Below are positions 62,561-64,000 of a DNA stretch of 64,000 bases, piece after piece. Position 1 is the stretch's first letter, and each line of letters starts with the position of its first letter. The stretch is from Xylographa opegraphella. Taxonomy: Eukaryota. The notes under the pieces were generated by a model, which did no database searches, was not told where the DNA came from, and worked only from the letters and a program-made list of their open reading frames with translations. The DNA lies in the NCBI GenBank assembly GCA_022813865.1, contig JALDZX010000040.1:124001-188000 (forward strand), read 5' to 3'. The translations under genes and the position numbers were made by a program.

Positions 62561-63626
62561 ACATGAATATCTAGGAGAGGCGGTCGGATGCGGTGCAGAA
62601 GATAAAGCAAAGCAATAGGAGGCGAAGAGGCCGAGGGTCCATGAGTCTGGAGAGCCCAAGGTCCAGCATTGGCGATCGCAAGCAGTTGAAAAGATGAAAT
62701 GGTAGATAGTCGAATAGGTGTTGTGGTAAATGGTCGAAAAGATGACTGGATAGATGGTTGTGAAAGATGATTCCGTAGATTGTCGTCCACCTGATTCTTC
62801 AAGCAATGAGAGAACAGGAGTCTTATATTGCATTTGGAACCCACAGCACACATGCACATGCCGAAAGGAAGCTGAAGTCACATCACCCTTCCGGCATGTC
62901 GATCCATGCTGGAGGGCATACGAAGTGGCTCCTGAACGCGAGTGTCGTTGGGGCTTCGCGTTGCAATTGACTTTTTCTCGTTTTCTTGATGCCCGACCCA
63001 AGAATACAATTCATAGTGGATACAAATCCAACAAAGTTTCTAAACCTTGGCACCAACTATATTAGATATATAAGCAGATGGACCTACAACGTAACGCGAA
63101 TGAGATAAATCCCTCAACCTTAAACATATGGATGCCTCGCTTTGTGGGTCCCGTCGCTTGTTGAGCACATGAGATTGGCCTGTAGGCAATTTGACTCGAC
63201 ATTTAACTATCCCTGCAAATCAGCGCTACAAACTCTAGAGGGCAATCTAAGTGGATTTTCAACCTGTAAAGAGTGTCATGACGCACGTATATAGCATCGA
63301 GGGATTGTATAGCAAGAAGGTTAACTTAAAGCAATTTTAAATATATCACGCGTACGATATGACCACATCATCAACCGCGCGTTAATGGGCAAAGACAGGA
63401 AAGTGATGGAGCAAGGCCATATTAGGTATACTGATAGCACAATTATTTATACATAAGCAAATTGGTATAACGCATGAAGCACGCTGGGGTATAATGAGCC
63501 ACGTATGACCAAGAATCTGTCTCAAACTGCTCCTCTCAGTCTTTGAGTACGGCGCCTCCCACGGCCGGAAACCCAGTATAACATTTGCTCCACCTCGTTC
63601 AAGTCTTAGTCGAATTCAGAGCGTTT

Positions 63627-64000
63627 CTAAACCTTGGCGCGACCTGTGTGTAACGACATATGGCCCCTGTTCTTGAAGAACATGAATGCTCCGAAGGCTG
63701 AGCTGATGAGCCAGAGCAACATGTTGGCCAGATCCACCCATACCTGAGCTCAGAGTCAACATGATCATCCAAGGATAGAGGGAGGTTCATGATACATACT
63801 GCGTTCTTCATGCGCGTTATTCCAGCATCGCCTGCAGCGTTCGCTTTGATGTACATGTGGCCGAAGATGCCAAATACGACAACCCAGAGGAAACTTTGTC
63901 TCCTTGTCAGTAAAACAGAAGCACACGTGTAGCATGCTTAACCTACAACATGATGATGTCCCAGGGAAACAACCTGTGGGTCTTGATGAAAGGAACCATA
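63627..64000 (-). CDS. MARVEL-like membrane protein, 3' part (gene continues beyond the window)
   Basis: Spliced FLWVVVFGIFGHMYIK...RMKNA(intron 63744..63799)VWVDLANMLLWLISS...LHTGRAKV*. Confidence 0.82.

Noticed and set aside
62086..63065. 257-258 aa ORFs on the - strand
   Set aside because: Leu/Ser/Tyr-rich readouts of the pyrimidine-rich complementary strand of a degenerate region, with no domain features.

Overview
Eukaryotic, intron-containing DNA of a filamentous ascomycete (GT-AG introns of about 45-60 nt with CTRAC-type branch sites; Pezizomycotina-like gene set). It holds about 24 protein genes: MET2 homoserine O-acetyltransferase, Acinus-like SAP/RRM/RSB protein, TMEM184/OST-alpha protein, CSN6, Hsm3-like ARM protein, RPC31, several orphans, DUR3-type urea/solute symporter, SDR, transaldolase, isochorismatase-family hydrolase, Rgf3/Rom2-type RhoGEF, SOD1, Tudor-SN, PQ-loop protein, OCH1, Cys2-type serine O-acyl transferase, two MARVEL proteins and a DUF4336-like protein. 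It also has two tRNA-Gly genes and a probably RIP-degenerated repeat region at about 59-63.5 kb. The most notable unexplained signal is a ~1.6-kb non-coding, hairpin-dense segment (about 41.06-42.66 kb) whose G-U pairs favour a + strand RNA and which contains a telomere-template-like stretch, making it a candidate telomerase RNA or other large structured RNA. Also unexplained are a second ~340-nt structured segment at 55.5-55.9 kb and recurrent C-rich to G-rich skew-switch islands that cut across coding and non-coding DNA. All family calls come from motif recognition by eye; no searches were run.
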